Below, piece by piece: positions 51,270 through 63,601 of a DNA stretch of 64,000 bases (its first letter is position 1; every line of letters begins with the position of its first letter). The position numbers and the translations under genes are program-made. This DNA is from Macrostomum lignano (taxonomy: Eukaryota). The stretch lies in assembly GCA_002269645.1 (NCBI GenBank), contig NIVC01000714.1:372001-436000 (forward strand). The letters are read 5' to 3'. The notes under the pieces are model-generated. The model had not been told where the DNA came from, did not search any database, and saw nothing but the letters and a program-made list of their open reading frames with translations.

Positions 51270-52575
51270 TTCAGAATCTTCATCATTGAGAATCTTCATC
51301 ATTAGGAATCTTCATCATTGAGAATCTTCATCATTCAGAATCTTTCATGATTGAGAATCTTCATCATTCAGAATCTTTATCATTGAGAATCTTATCATTG
51401 AGAATCTTCATCATTGAGAATCTTCATCATTCAGAATCTTTATCATTGAGAATCTTATCATTGAGAATCTTCATCATTGAGAATCTTCATCATTCAGAAT
51501 CTTTCATGATTGAGAATCTTCATCATTCAGAATATTATCATTGAGAATCTTCATCGTTGAGAATCTTCATCATTGAGAATCTTCATCATTGAGAATCTTC
51601 ATCATTGAGAATCTTCATCATTGAGATTCTTATCATTGAGAATCTTTATCATTGAGAATCTTGATCATTCAGAATCTTCATCATTCAGAAACTTTATCAT
51701 TGAGAATCTTCATCATTGAGAATCTTCATCATTCAGAATCTTTATCATTGAGAATCTTATCATTGAGAATCTTCATCATTGAGAATCTTCATCATTCAGA
51801 ATCTTTCATGATTGAGAATCTTCATCATTCAGAATATTATCATTGAGAATCTTCATCATTGAGAATCTTCATCATTGAGAATCTTCATCATTGAGAATCT
51901 TCATCATTGAGAATCTTCATCATTGAGAATCTTACCATTGAAAATCTTCATCATTCAGAATCTTCATCATTCAGAAACTTTATCATTGAGAATCTTCATC
52001 ATTGAGAATCATCATCATTGAGAATCTTCATCATTGAGAATCTTCATCATTGAGAATCTTACCATTGAAAATCTTCATCATTGAGAATCTTCATCATTCA
52101 GAATCTTCATCATTGAGAATCTTCATCATTGAGAATCTTCATCATTGAGAATCTTCATCATTGAGAATCTTCATCATTGAGAATCTTCATCATTGAGAAT
52201 CTTCATCATTCAGAATCTTCATCATTCAGAATCTTCATCATTCAGAATCTTCATCATTGAGAATCTTCATCATTGAGAATCTTCATCATTGAGAATCTTC
52301 ATCATTGAGAATCTTCATCATTGAGAATCTTCATCATTGAGAATCTTCATCATTGAGAATCTTCATCATTCAGAATCTTCATCATTCAGAATCTTCATCA
52401 TTCAGAATCTTCATCATTGAGAATCTTCATCATTGAGAATCTTCATCATTGAGAATCTTCATCATTGAGAATCTTCATCATTGAGAATCTTCATCATTGA
52501 GAATCTTACCATTGAGAATCTTCATCATTCAGAATCTTCTTCATTCAGAAACTTTATCATTGAGAATATTCATCA
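51270..52575. repeat. 16-bp minisatellite (GAGAATCTTCATCATT); RING-ligase intron
   Basis: Directly visible. Confidence 0.96.
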
Positions 52576-53394
52576 TCTTTATCAGTGTTCATTTTCTTAA
52601 AATCACTCTTTCCAATATCTTTCTTAGAATCGCCAATATGTTTCTTAGAGTCGCCCACTCCAATATCTTTCTTAAAATCGCCCATCCCAATATCTTTCTT
52701 ATATTGTTCAGCTTCATGCTGAAAAATTTCCATCACAATAGTGTCAGTACGATCGCCTTATAAGGCAGTCAGAGCAGAAGCCTTGAATCAGGTAATTATT
52801 AATCTGTTATATTTGTTTTTTTCTGAAACATCTGAGATATCGATAAACACGAGAATCTATACGGGCTTCTCTGCTCCCGAGTGGAAAAAAAATTAATTAA
52901 TGATCCCTGCCGAAATGCATAATCCCAAGCTCGGACTAAAGCTTCCCAGCTTTCAAAGACAGACAACCGAATCCTTCTAACTGCTTTCTACTGGGGAGGG
53001 ATGTCGGTCTGGGGATAAACAAGCTGCATTCTTCTTCACCTGACGTAGATGAACGAAAATGTGAAATATAATTCTTGTTTTTTATTTAAAGCGTTTATTA
53101 ATTTTTCAGTTTTAATTACTCAGAATTTGTTGTTTCTCTTTCTCTCTCTCGTCCGGTTAACTTAATAATCTAATTCGTTTTAATTAGAATGGATCCTGTC
53201 TGACCAAAAAGAGAGAGCAAATCGTCAGGCGAATCTTCCCGGGAAAATTATATCCTTTAATCTACAGGATTAATTATATAAGTGCCGGCCTCAGCTGCTC
53301 ACGTCTCCAGCTGGGCCCCGCCTCTGTTCTATTTGCAGTAGCCTGTATCCCACGCAGAAAAGTACTGCTTTACACACTTTTTTCCTATCATGGA

Positions 53395-53444
53395 TTGACT
53401 GACTGACTGACTGGCTGACTGACTGACTGACTGACTGGCTGACT

Positions 53445-53495
<51 letters not shown>

Positions 53496-55075
53496 TGACT
53501 GGCTGACTGACTGACTGACTGACTGACTGACTGACTGACTGACTGACTGACTTAAGTGAGTGGGTGACTGACTGACTGACTGACTTAAGTGAGTGGGTGA
53601 CTGACTGACTTAAGTGAGTGGGTGACTGACTGACTGACTGACTGACTTGAGTAAGTGGGTGACTAACTGACTGACTGACTGACTAACTGACTGACTGACT
53701 GACTGCCTGACTGCCTGACTGCCTGACTGCCTGACTGCCTGACTGACTGCCTGACTGACTGACTGCCTGACTGCCTGACTGACTGCCTGACTGACTGACT
53801 GACTGACTGACTGACTGCCTGACTGACTGCCTGACTGCCTGACTGACTGACTGACTGACTGACTGGCTGACTGCCTGACTGACTGACTGACTGACTGACT
53901 GACTGACTGACTGACTGACTTAAGTGAGTGGGTGACTGACTGACTGACTGACTGACTTGAGTAAGTGGGTGACTAACTGACTGACTGACTGACTGACTGA
54001 CTGACTGACTGGCTGGCTGGCTGACTGCCTGACTGACTGACTGACAGACTGACTGACGGACTGCCTGACTGCCTGACTGCCTGACTGACTGCCTGACTGA
54101 CTGACTGACTGACTGCCTGACTGCCTGACTGACTGCCTGACTGACTGCCTGACTGACTGACTGACTGACTGACTGACTGCCTGACTGCCTGACTGACTGC
54201 CTGACTGCCTGACTGACTGACTGACTGACTAACTGACTGACTGACTGACTAACTGACTGACTGACTGACTGACTGACTGCCTGACTGACTGACTGACTGT
54301 GACTTAAGTGAGTGGGTGACTGACTGACTGACTGACTGACTTGAGTAAGTGGGTGACTGACTGACTGACTGACTGACTGACTGACTGACTGACTGGCTGG
54401 CTGGCTGGCTGACTGCCTGACTGACTGACTGACTGACTGACTGACTGACTGCCTGACTGCCTGACTGACTGCCTGACTGACTGACTGACTAACTGACTGA
54501 CTGACTGACTGACTGACTGCCTGACTGACTGACTGACTGACTGACTTAAGTGAGTGGGTGACTGACTGACTGACTGACTGACTTGAGTAAGTGGGTGACT
54601 GACTGACTGACTGACTGACTGACTGACTGACTGACTGACTGGCTGGCTGGCTGGCTGACTGCCTGACTGACTGACTGACGGACTGACTGACGGACTGACT
54701 GACGGACTGACTGACTGCCTGACTGCCTGACTGACTGACTGACTGACTGACTGCCTGACTGACTGACTGACTGACTGACTGACTGACTGACTGACTGACT
54801 GACTGACTGCCTGACTGCCTGACTGCCTGACTGACTAACTGACTGACTGACTGACTGACTGACTGACTAACTGACTGACTGACTGACTGCCTGATTGACT
54901 GACTGACTAACTGACTGACTGACTGACTGACTGCCTGACTGACTGACTGCCTGACTGACTGATTGACTGCCTGCCTGACTGCCTGTCTTACTGACTGACT
55001 GACTGCCTGCCTGACTGGCTGACTGAGTGACTGACTGACTGACTGACTGACTGACTTGAGTGAGTGGGTGACTGA
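53395..55075. repeat. (CTGA)n microsatellite with recurrent CTTAAGTGAGTGGGT interruptions; RING-ligase intron
   Basis: Directly visible. Confidence 0.97.
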
Positions 55076-55270
55076 TCTTCTTTTTCTAACAGGACCTTCA
55101 AAGCGTGCTTTGCTCACCTGCAACGGAAATTAGCATTCTCTCCAGACTCTTTCTCCATCAGTTTTCTTCCTTATCTATTTGGCTTTGGTTTCCTTCCGTC
55201 AATTAATTAAGTGAATTACTGAGCTTTGGCGCATTCAAGCTGATTTTAACGAACCCAATACGAATTTCAG

Positions 55271-55345
55271 CAAAGACTGTGCAACGCAGCTAAAACTGCT
55301 CTGTCAAAAATTCCCGTGCGAATTCTGCAGCTGGGAGATGATGCA
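55271..55345 (+). CDS. Goliath-type RING ligase exon 2 (QRLCNAAKTALSKIPVRILQLGDDA)
   Basis: aatttcag| and |gtgagt, phases 0/0; resembles goliath RRLCNAAKKAIAKIP. Not present in the ORF track. Confidence 0.85.
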
Positions 55346-55461
55346 GTGAGTTCTCTCTCTCTCTGGATGGGTGGCTTTTTGATGTATTGTGTTTTTATTT
55401 GTACTGGTTTCCAAAGCTTTTTGATGTAAATTTATGCTTAGTTATTCTAGATACCTTCCAG

Positions 55462-56052
55462 ATTCCAATACCCTGTTGTCAGCCTCTCAGATCCCAATGC
55501 CCTGCTGTCAGCCTCTCTGATCTCAATTCCCTGCTGTCAGCCTCTCAGATCCCAATGCCCTGCTGTCAGCCTCTCTGATCCCAATGCCCTGTTGTCAGCC
55601 TCTCTGATCCCAATGCCCTGCTGTCAGCCTCTCTGATCCCAATTCCCTGCTGTCAGCCTCTCAGATCCCAATGCCCTGCTGTCAGCCTCTCTGATCCCAA
55701 TGCCCTGTTGTCAGCCTCTCTGATCCCAATGCCCTGTTGTCAGCCTCTCTGATCCCAATGCCCTGCTGTCAGCCTCTCTGATCCCAATGCCCTGTTGTCA
55801 GCCTCTCTGATCCCAATACCCTGCTGTCAGCCTCTCAGATCCCAATACCCTGCTGTCAGCCTCTCAGATCCCAATGCCCTGCTGTCAGCCTCTCAGATCC
55901 CAATGCCCTGCTGTCAGCCTCTCAGATCCCAATGCCCTGCTGTCAGCCTCTCAGATCCCAATGCCCTGCTGTCAGCCTCTCAGATCCCAATGCCCTGCTG
56001 TCAGCCTCTCAGATCCCAATGCCCTGCTGTCAGCCTCTCAGATCCCAATGTC
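55462..56052. repeat. 29/28-bp minisatellite (CCTGCTGTCAGCCTCTCAGATCCCAATGC); RING-ligase intron
   Basis: Directly visible. Confidence 0.95.
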
Positions 56053-56175
56053 CTGAGAGACTTCAGGGCCGCCTGTACACCTTGCGCCCAAAATCCCCCC
56101 AACCTGAGAATCCCACCATTATTCGGACGCCTTAATTGGAAAAGGCATCGCCACCCCCGCAATTCTTCATCGCAG

Positions 56176-56258
56176 GAGTTGCAGTGGATTGGCGACCACT
56201 GCGCTGTGTGCATCGAGCCCTACGGCTGCGGCGACCCGGTCAGAATTTTGCCGTGCAA
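56176..56258 (+). CDS. Goliath-type RING ligase exon 3 (RING-H2 N-half)
   Basis: catcgcag| and |gtgagt; DHCAVCIEPYGCGDPVRILPCK. Confidence 0.9.
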
Positions 56259-56329
56259 GTGAGTGCTCAGAATATTCTAGACAGTGTGCGCTAATCCTCT
56301 GGACAAGTAGAGAGTGACCAGTATTAAAT

Positions 56330-57035
56330 AGTGAGTGCCCAGAATCCACTATTCAAATAGGAGTGCTTAGAATTCCCTAGACAATTAGGAGTGCCCAGGA
56401 TACACTATATAAAAAAGGAGTGCTCATAATTTTCCAGAAAAATAGGAGTGCCCAGAATTCCCCTATAGAAATAGGAGTGCCCAGAATTCCCCTATAGAAA
56501 TAGGAGTGCCCAGAATTCCCCTATAGAAATAGGAGTGCCCAGAATTCCCCTATAGAAATAGGAGTGCCCAGAATTCCCCTAAAGAAATAGGAGTGCCCAG
56601 AATTCCCCTATACAAATAGAAGTGCCCAGAATTCTCCTATACTCGTAGAAATAGGAGTGCCCAGAATTCCCCTATACAAATAGAAGTGCCCAGAATTCTC
56701 CTATACTCGTAGAAATAGGAGTGCCCAGAATTCCCCTATACAAATAGAAGTGCCCAGAATTCTCCTATAGAAATAGGAGTGCCCAGAATTCCCCTATACA
56801 AATAGAAGTGCCCAGAATTCTCCTATACTCGTAGAAATAGGAGTGCCCAGAATTCCCCTATACAAATAGAAGTGCCCAGAATTCTCCTATAGAAATAGGA
56901 GTGCCCAGAATTCCCCTATACAAATAGAAGTGCCCAGAATTCTCCTATAGAAATAGGAGTGCCCAGAATTCCCCTATAGAAATAAGAGTACCCAGAATCC
57001 CACTCCCTGTAGGAAATGAACGGAGTGCCCAGAAT
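56330..57035. repeat. 29-bp minisatellite (AGAAATAGGAGTGCCCAGAATTCCCCTAT); intron splitting the RING domain
   Basis: Directly visible. Confidence 0.94.
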
Positions 57036-57105
57036 TGCACAAATGCATAAAACGAGTGCCAAAACGGAGTGGCTGCAGAGCTTACCCCCCAAAACTAACC
57101 GCCAG

Positions 57106-57418
57106 GCACAAGTACCACACGCACTGCATCGACCAGTGGCTGCTGGACCAGCGCTCCTGCCCTCTGTGCAAAACTGACATCCTGAAAGCCTGCGGTCTAT
57201 GGGTCAGCGGCGGCTCCCGGATCTCCCTGGATGACGTCACCATCACGCCGGCCGCCTCCCAGCAGCCTCCGTCCATTGGCATCGCCTCCACCGGCGCCTC
57301 CGCCGGCGCCACCGCTGCCGCCGCTAATCGCAACAATAATAATAATAATAGTAATAATAATTACCACCGTCATTCGGGAGGCTGCGTGCTACATCATCAT
57401 CCGCCTGATAGCGAGAAT
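57106..57418 (+). CDS. Goliath-type RING ligase exon 4 (RING-H2 C-half)
   Basis: ccgccag| and |gtaagt; [28 protein letters not shown]. Confidence 0.9.
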
Positions 57419-57512
57419 GTAAGTGACACTTTTTTGAAAGAACGATTTTTGTAAAAATTCACCTTTTATAAATATAGTGTTATGCGTTAGACAGATGAAA
57501 CCTAGCTGGTGG

Positions 57513-58379
57513 TGTTAGATATGGGTGTCACCTATTAGATATGGGTGTCACCTGTTAGATATGGGTGTCACCTGTTAGATATGGGTGTCACCTGTTAGAT
57601 ATGGGTGTCACCTGTTAGATATGGGTGTCACCTGTTAGATATGGGTGTCACCTGTTAGATATGGGTGTCACCTGTTAGATATGGGTGTCACCTGTTAGAT
57701 ATGGGTGTCACCTGTTAGATATGGGTGTCACCTATTAGATATGGGTGTCACCTGTTAGATATGGGTGTCACCTGTTAGATATGGGTGTCACCTGTTAGAT
57801 ATGGGTGTCATCTGTTAGATATGGGTGTCACCTGTTAGATATGGGTGTCACCTGTTAGATATGGGTGACACCTGTTAGATATGGGTGTCACCTGTTAGAT
57901 ATGAGTGTCACCTGTTAGATATGGGTGTTCACCTGTTAGATATGGGTGTCGCCTGTTAGATATGGGTGTCACCTGTTAGATATGGGTGTCACCTGTTAGA
58001 TATGGGTGTCACCTGTTAGATATGGGTGTCACCTGTTAGATATGGGTTTCACCTGTTAGATATGGGTGTCACCTGTTAGATATGGGTGTCACCTGTTAGA
58101 TATGGGTGTCACCTGTTAGATATGGGTGTCACCTGTTAGATATGGGTGTCACCTGTTAGATATGGGTGTCACCTGTTAGATATGGGTGTCACCTGTTAGA
58201 TATGGGTGTCACCTGTTAGATATGGGTGTCACCTGTTAGATATGGGTGTCACCTGTTAGATATGGGTGTCACCTGTTAGATATGGGTGTCACCTGTTAGA
58301 TATGGGTGTCACCTGTTAGATATGGGTGTCACCTGTTAGATATGGGTGTCACCTGTTAGATATGGGTGCCGCCTGTTAG
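57513..58379. repeat. 20-bp minisatellite, same family as 32553..35412
   Basis: Identical consensus GTCACCTGTTAGATATGGGT. Confidence 0.97.
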
Positions 58380-58438
58380 CAGAAGTGACCTGACAACGGC
58401 TGAAATCGCAACACAAAAATCAACAATCATTATGCCAG

Positions 58439-58507
58439 CAGCTGGCAGTGGAGAGCGACCCACCGGAGAACCCGACCGGTGCCGACCCCCTGCTGAGTGG
58501 AGTCTGA
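58439..58507 (+). CDS. Goliath-type RING ligase, tentative terminal exon (QLAVESDPPENPTGADPLLSGV*)
   Basis: The only phase-0-compatible acceptor I found after the 20-bp array (tatgccag|, NAGNAG). GC-rich, but no homology support. Confidence 0.45.
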   Translation, partial: QLAVESDPPENPTGADPLLSGV

Positions 58508-58946
58508 CCCGATCTTCTCAATTCCTTCATCAGGATTACAAGTTGAACTAAAAGCGCCATTGGAATTTGAAACGTTTAGGCAAAAGTCTAAAAAAGTTTT
58601 AACCAGTCCAATGCGCGAACTGGAAAAACGGTGGCTATTAAGCTTTTTCGAGACAAATTTCTGAAAGTCTGGCCATCATTGTTGTTCCAATATCGATTTT
58701 TGATTCGCGTTCATTTTTGAAAAAAGTAATTATTGTTTCTTAGCAACGGAAAAGGAGAGTCGTTGGTCAAACTTGTTTGTTTTTGACGGTTTTTTCTCAA
58801 TAAAAAATTCTTTTCTAACAAATCATCGTTGAGTTATTAGCTACTTCTGTGTAAGTAGTAACAGCAGAAAAAATGCGTATTTTTGTTCAAACATGTTTTT
58901 GTCATATCAATCAATTTGCGTGTATTAATTAATTAATCAACTTCAT

Positions 58947-58986
<40 letters not shown>

Positions 58987-59339
58987 CAGCTTCCCTGCTA
59001 CATTTCTCTAGTCATTTGTTTCTGCGTTTTCTTCATCAATCAACACCTTCAACTAATTTGCTTGAAACTGTTTTCTGTTTGTCTATTTTATCAATAAATC
59101 AAGTACAATCATATCAGCATGCGTTTCTATCATAGCTGGCTTGTGCTTCTGCAACTTTTATAGTCAATCTGAGGGTCTAATTAGTTTGTATAACGCCTAG
59201 CGCACTACCTACCGTATTCATAGAGTTGAATAATTATGTTTTGGGCAGTGCACATTCCGCAATATTGACTGGTCTGTCGAAACATTTTCAGCGCTAATTA
59301 TTTGTAAATTTTGTGATTGTTGACATTTTTATTGCTTTC

Positions 59340-60085
59340 AGAATGGCTACTAAACTACCCTCAGAATGGCCACTAAACTGCCATCAGAATGGCCACTAAA
59401 CTGCCATCAGAATGGCCACTAAACTGCCATCAGAATGGCCACTAAACTGCCCTCAGAATGGCCACTAAACTGCCCTCAGAATGGCCACTAAACTGCCCTC
59501 AGAATGGCCACTAAACTGCCCTCAGAATGGCCACTAAACTGCCCTCAGAATGGCCACTAAACTGCCCTCAGAATGGCCACTAAACTGCCCTCAGAATGGC
59601 CACTAAACTGCCCTCAGAATGGCCACTAAACTGCCCTCAGAATGGCCACTAAACTGCCCTCAGAATGGCGACTAAACTGCCCTCAGAATGGCCACTAAAC
59701 TGCCCTCAGAATGGCGACTAAACTGCCCTCAGAATGGCGACTAAACTACCCTCAGAATGGCCACTAAACTGCCCTCAGAATGGCCACTAAACTGCCCTCA
59801 GAATGGCCACTAAACTGCCCTCAGAATTGCCACTAAACTGCCCTCAGAATGGCCACTAAACTGCCCTCAGAATAGCCACTAAACTGCCCTCAGAATGGCG
59901 ACTAAACTGCCCTCAGAATGGCCACTAAACTGCCCTCAGAATGGCGACTAAACTGCCCTCAGAATGGCCACTAAACTGCCCTCAGAATGGCCACTAAACT
60001 GCCCTCAGAATGGCGACTAAACTACCCTCAGAATGGCCACTAAACTGCCCTCAGAACGGCCACTAAACTGCCCTCAGAATTGCCA
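59340..60085. repeat. 23-bp minisatellite (GAATGGCCACTAAACTGCCCTCA)
   Basis: Directly visible. Confidence 0.96.
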
Positions 60086-60534
60086 GTATAAACTAGATAA
60101 ATGCCACTCATTTTTAATTTCACCATTTAAAAAAACAAAAATGTATGGTAGTAACCCTAGTCTGCTCGAACTAACGTCAATTAGATTTTTAGTAATCGTT
60201 TTGCGTTTATTTTGATGCATTGACATTATTATTGTGTTACTTTCAGTAGCAAGCACAGGTTTGTAGAACCAATTTTTATTGACTAATACAGACTAATAAA
60301 CAGCATGCGTCACAGGTTAAACAGTTGCACGGTTCAAGTGAATAGTGCAGCACACTTATACTCCTTGTTGTATCAATCGCTTCTCATCATATTGCTCCTT
60401 TTAGAAATTAGTATAAGCAGAAAATATACAAATTGAAATGTCATTGTTTTCTTTTCTTTTATTGTTAAACTAGCGTTGATAATTTTGTGTTGACTTCGTT
60501 TCTTAATAATTTTCTCAGTTGAGAGGCGTTGTTG

Positions 60535-61657
60535 CAGATCGGGATGGATTATTGCATATTGGGATGGATTATTGCATATTGGGAAGGGTTGTTGCAGATT
60601 GGGAAGGGTTGTTGCAGATTGGGAAGGGTTGTTGCAGATTGGGAAGGGTTGTTGCAGATTGGGAAGGGTTGTTGCAGATTGGGAAGGGTTGTTGCGAATT
60701 GGGAAGGGTTGTTGCAGATTGGGAAGGGTTGCTGCGGATTGGGAAGTGTTGTTGCAGATTGGGAAGGGTTGTTGCGAATTGGGAAGGGTTGTTGCAGATT
60801 GGGAAGGGTTGCTGCGGATTGGGAAGTGTTGTTGCAGATTGGGAAGGGTTGTTGCGAATTGGGAAGGGTTGTTGCAGATTGGGAAGGGTTGCTGCGGATT
60901 GGGAAGTGTTGTTGCAGATTGGGAAGGGTTGTTGCGAATTGGGAAGGGTTGTTGCAGATTGGGAAGGGTTGCTGCGGATTGGGAAGGGTTGTTGCAGATT
61001 GGGAAGGGTTGTTGCGAATTGGGAAGGGTTGTTGCAGATTGGGAAGGGTTGCTGCGGATTGGGAAGGGTTGCTGCGGATTGGGAAGGGTTGTTGCAGATT
61101 GGGAAGGGTTGTTGCGAATTGGGAAGGGTTGTTGCAGATTGGGAAGGGTTGCTGCGAATTGGGAAGGGTTGATGCAGATTGGGAAGGGTTGCTGCGGATT
61201 GGGAAGGGTTGTTGCAGATTGGGAAGGGTTGCTGCGGATTGGGAAGGGTTGTTGCAGATTGGGAAGGGTTGTTGCAGATTGGGAAGGGTTGTTGCAGATT
61301 GGAAAGGGTTGTTGCAGATTGAGAAGGGTTGTTGCAGATTGGAAAGGGTTGTTGCAGATTGAGAAGGGTTGTTGCAGATTGGGAAGGGTTGTTGCAGATT
61401 GGGGATGCTTGTTGCACATTGGGAAGGGTTGTTGCAGATTGGGAAGGGTTGTTGCAGATTGGGAAGGGTTGTTGCAGATTGGAAAGGGTTGTTGCAGATT
61501 GAGAAGGGTTGTTGCAGATTGGAAAGGGTTGTTGCAGATTGAGAAGGGTTGTTGCAGATTGGGAAGGGTTGTTGCAGATTGGGGATGGTTGTTGCACATT
61601 GGGAAGGGTTGTTGCAGATTGGGAAGGGTTGTTGCAGATTGGGAAGGGTTGTTGCAG
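60535..61657. repeat. 20-bp G-rich minisatellite (GGGAAGGGTTGTTGCAGATT), about 55 copies
   Basis: Directly visible. Confidence 0.97.
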
Positions 61658-62194
61658 AAATTTAGAATCAAATAAAAGTTTGAAAGGCAATGTATAAAAT
61701 ACGTACAAACTGTAGTTTTTTTAAATTAACACAAAAATATTTTATAGCATTGAATGAACCAAGTACGCTCGTACATTGAAAAGCACTTTAACAGATTCAG
61801 ATTAACAGGTAATTGCAGATTTATCTCAAAAATATCTGCAAATAGTGCACTTGAAAAAATGCTACATTAAAAAATTGATTCGGCAACTGCTGTAATTTTA
61901 GGCAATTCATTTGTGTACAGATCTGATGGCGCAATCCCCTGAAAAACAAACGAAATATTTTTTATCGATTTTTATTCTGCAAATTTACTGATAAAAACAA
62001 TTAATGATTGTAGACGAGCCATAATGCCTAACAGATTTTTATGTTAGCAAAGTTTTAAATAACAGTATGAGTGTCGTTGGAAGATAAAAAATAGGAATTT
62101 TGATTGTTTACAGACAAACTGGTTTCATGCAATTTGTGACACTTGTGAGTTGTGAATGCACTATATACATGTATATATAACATACTGTATGACA

Positions 62195-62575
62195 GCATAT
62201 CTTACAGGCGGCACCCGTATCTAACAGGTGACACCCATATCTAACAGGTGACTCACCATATCTAACAGGTAACAGCCATATCTAACAGGTGACACTCATA
62301 TCTAACAGGTAACGCTCATATCTAACAGGTGACACCCACATCTAACAGGTAACACTCATATCTAACAGGTTACAGCCATATCTAACAGGTGACACCCATA
62401 TCTAACAGGTAACACTCATATCTAACAGGTGACAGCCATATCTAACAGGTAACACCCCATATCTAACAGGTAACACCCCATATCTAACAGGTGACAGCCA
62501 TATCTAACAGGTAACACCCCATATCTAACAGGTAACACCCCATATCTAACAGGTATCAGCTATATCTAGCAGGTT
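62195..62575 (-). repeat. 20-bp minisatellite family (GTCACCTGTTAGATATGGGT) in reverse orientation, more degenerate
   Basis: + strand ATATCTAACAGGTGACACCC is the reverse complement of the family consensus. Confidence 0.92.
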
Positions 62576-62612
62576 ACGAACATGTGACACCTCAGAGCAC
62601 CACACCGGAGTC

Positions 62613-63581
62613 TCAGGCCGGGTTGAGCAGGCAGATGGCGAGAATCTCAGCTCCGCAGACGGGACAGTCAGCAGCCTGGGCCTCGCAGGCCGGGCAGAGG
62701 CTGCGGTGGCTGCAGGGCAGCAGGCAGCAGGCCGCCTCCCCGCAGCCGCACAGCCGGCAGCGCAGTCGAGCGGTCCACGATGGCACCGAAGCCGCGGCCA
62801 GCTGGCGCTTCTTCTGGGCGGCGGCCAGCCAGTCCTCGGCCAGGGCGGCCACCCGGCCGATCCCGCAGTCGTCGGCCCGTTTGCGAAGCTCCATCGCAGT
62901 CTCCAGCTGCAGTTCGCCGCTGGCAAAATCGTCTCCGCAGAAAGCGAGCTGCAGCCTGATGGCCGCCTCGGCGTCCTGCGGATGATCGGCGATGTCGGCA
63001 AGTCGGGCGGCCAGCTGGGCGGCCGGCAGGTCGGCGCGAGCCCGCGGGCTGCGCCTGTCGACGCGGAAGAGCAGCGCCGCTGTCGCCAGCGTCGAGCCGC
63101 GGAGGAGCCGCCGACGTTGCGGCGTTGCGTCAATGAGCTGGCCGCCGCCGCCGCCGCTGCCGCAAATATCGACGGGGCTGTCATTGTCGGCGCCGACGAT
63201 TCTCAAGGTCGGAAAGTTGGCCTCGGCGACGGCGCTGACGAACGCCGAGCCGCGTTCGCGCAGCAGGTGCGGGCATGTCGGCGACAGGCGGGCGTGCAGC
63301 AGCCAGGGGCAGGGCGGCTGTCAGGCGACGTTGGAGGCCACCGACCAGGCCAGGACGGCGCTCGGTGGAAAAGCGACGCCGCAAGCGTAGCAACGGCAGG
63401 CAGCTGTCGACAACGGCTTGTCGTTGGCGGCGTCGACAACGTGGAAGCCGGACTTGGCGGCCAGCCAATCAGAAGCCAGGCCGCGGCACCAGGCGCTGGA
63501 CTGCAGGCTGGCCTGCCGACTGACTGTGCGAGCAGCGACCAGCGGCGGCAGGCAGCTGGCGGCGGCGGATTCGCTGGGCAT
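62613..63581 (-). CDS. Inhibitor-of-apoptosis (IAP)-like BIR-UBA-RING protein, interrupted by in-frame TGA at 63321-63323 (micro-intron, readthrough or pseudogene)
   Basis: Track ORFs 63321..63581 and 62613..63206 share one frame. BIR elements: LAAKSGF, CYAC, PWLLHARLSPTCPHLLRERGSAFV. UBA-like AIRLQLAFCGDDFASGE. C-terminal C3HC4 RING CRLC..LPCSHRSLCPAC..CPVC. Acceptor ctccgcag| lies 6 nt before the ATG. Confidence 0.78.
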
Positions 63582-63601
63582 CGAAAACTGCGGAGAATTG
63601 C

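Noticed and set aside
52748-52791. Possible 44-nt poison cassette exon in the RING-ligase intron
   Set aside because: Weak acceptor without a pyrimidine tract and no homology; chance splice-like sites are common.
52860-53390. Non-repetitive, moderately GC-rich segment between two arrays, possibly a transposon remnant
   Set aside because: No ORF, terminal repeats or recognisable motif; it cannot be supported without a repeat-library search.
53663-55123. SQSV-repeat 486-aa ORF
   Set aside because: (CTGA)n microsatellite antisense in a RING-ligase intron.
60373-61708. Several 200-430-aa repeat ORFs on both strands
   Set aside because: 20-bp minisatellite, no splice or start context, and the same three peptides cycle through all frames.
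63321-63323. Selenocysteine reading of the IAP in-frame TGA
   Set aside because: The position is not a conserved Cys in BIR, it lies in a length-excess segment, and I could not identify a SECIS element downstream.
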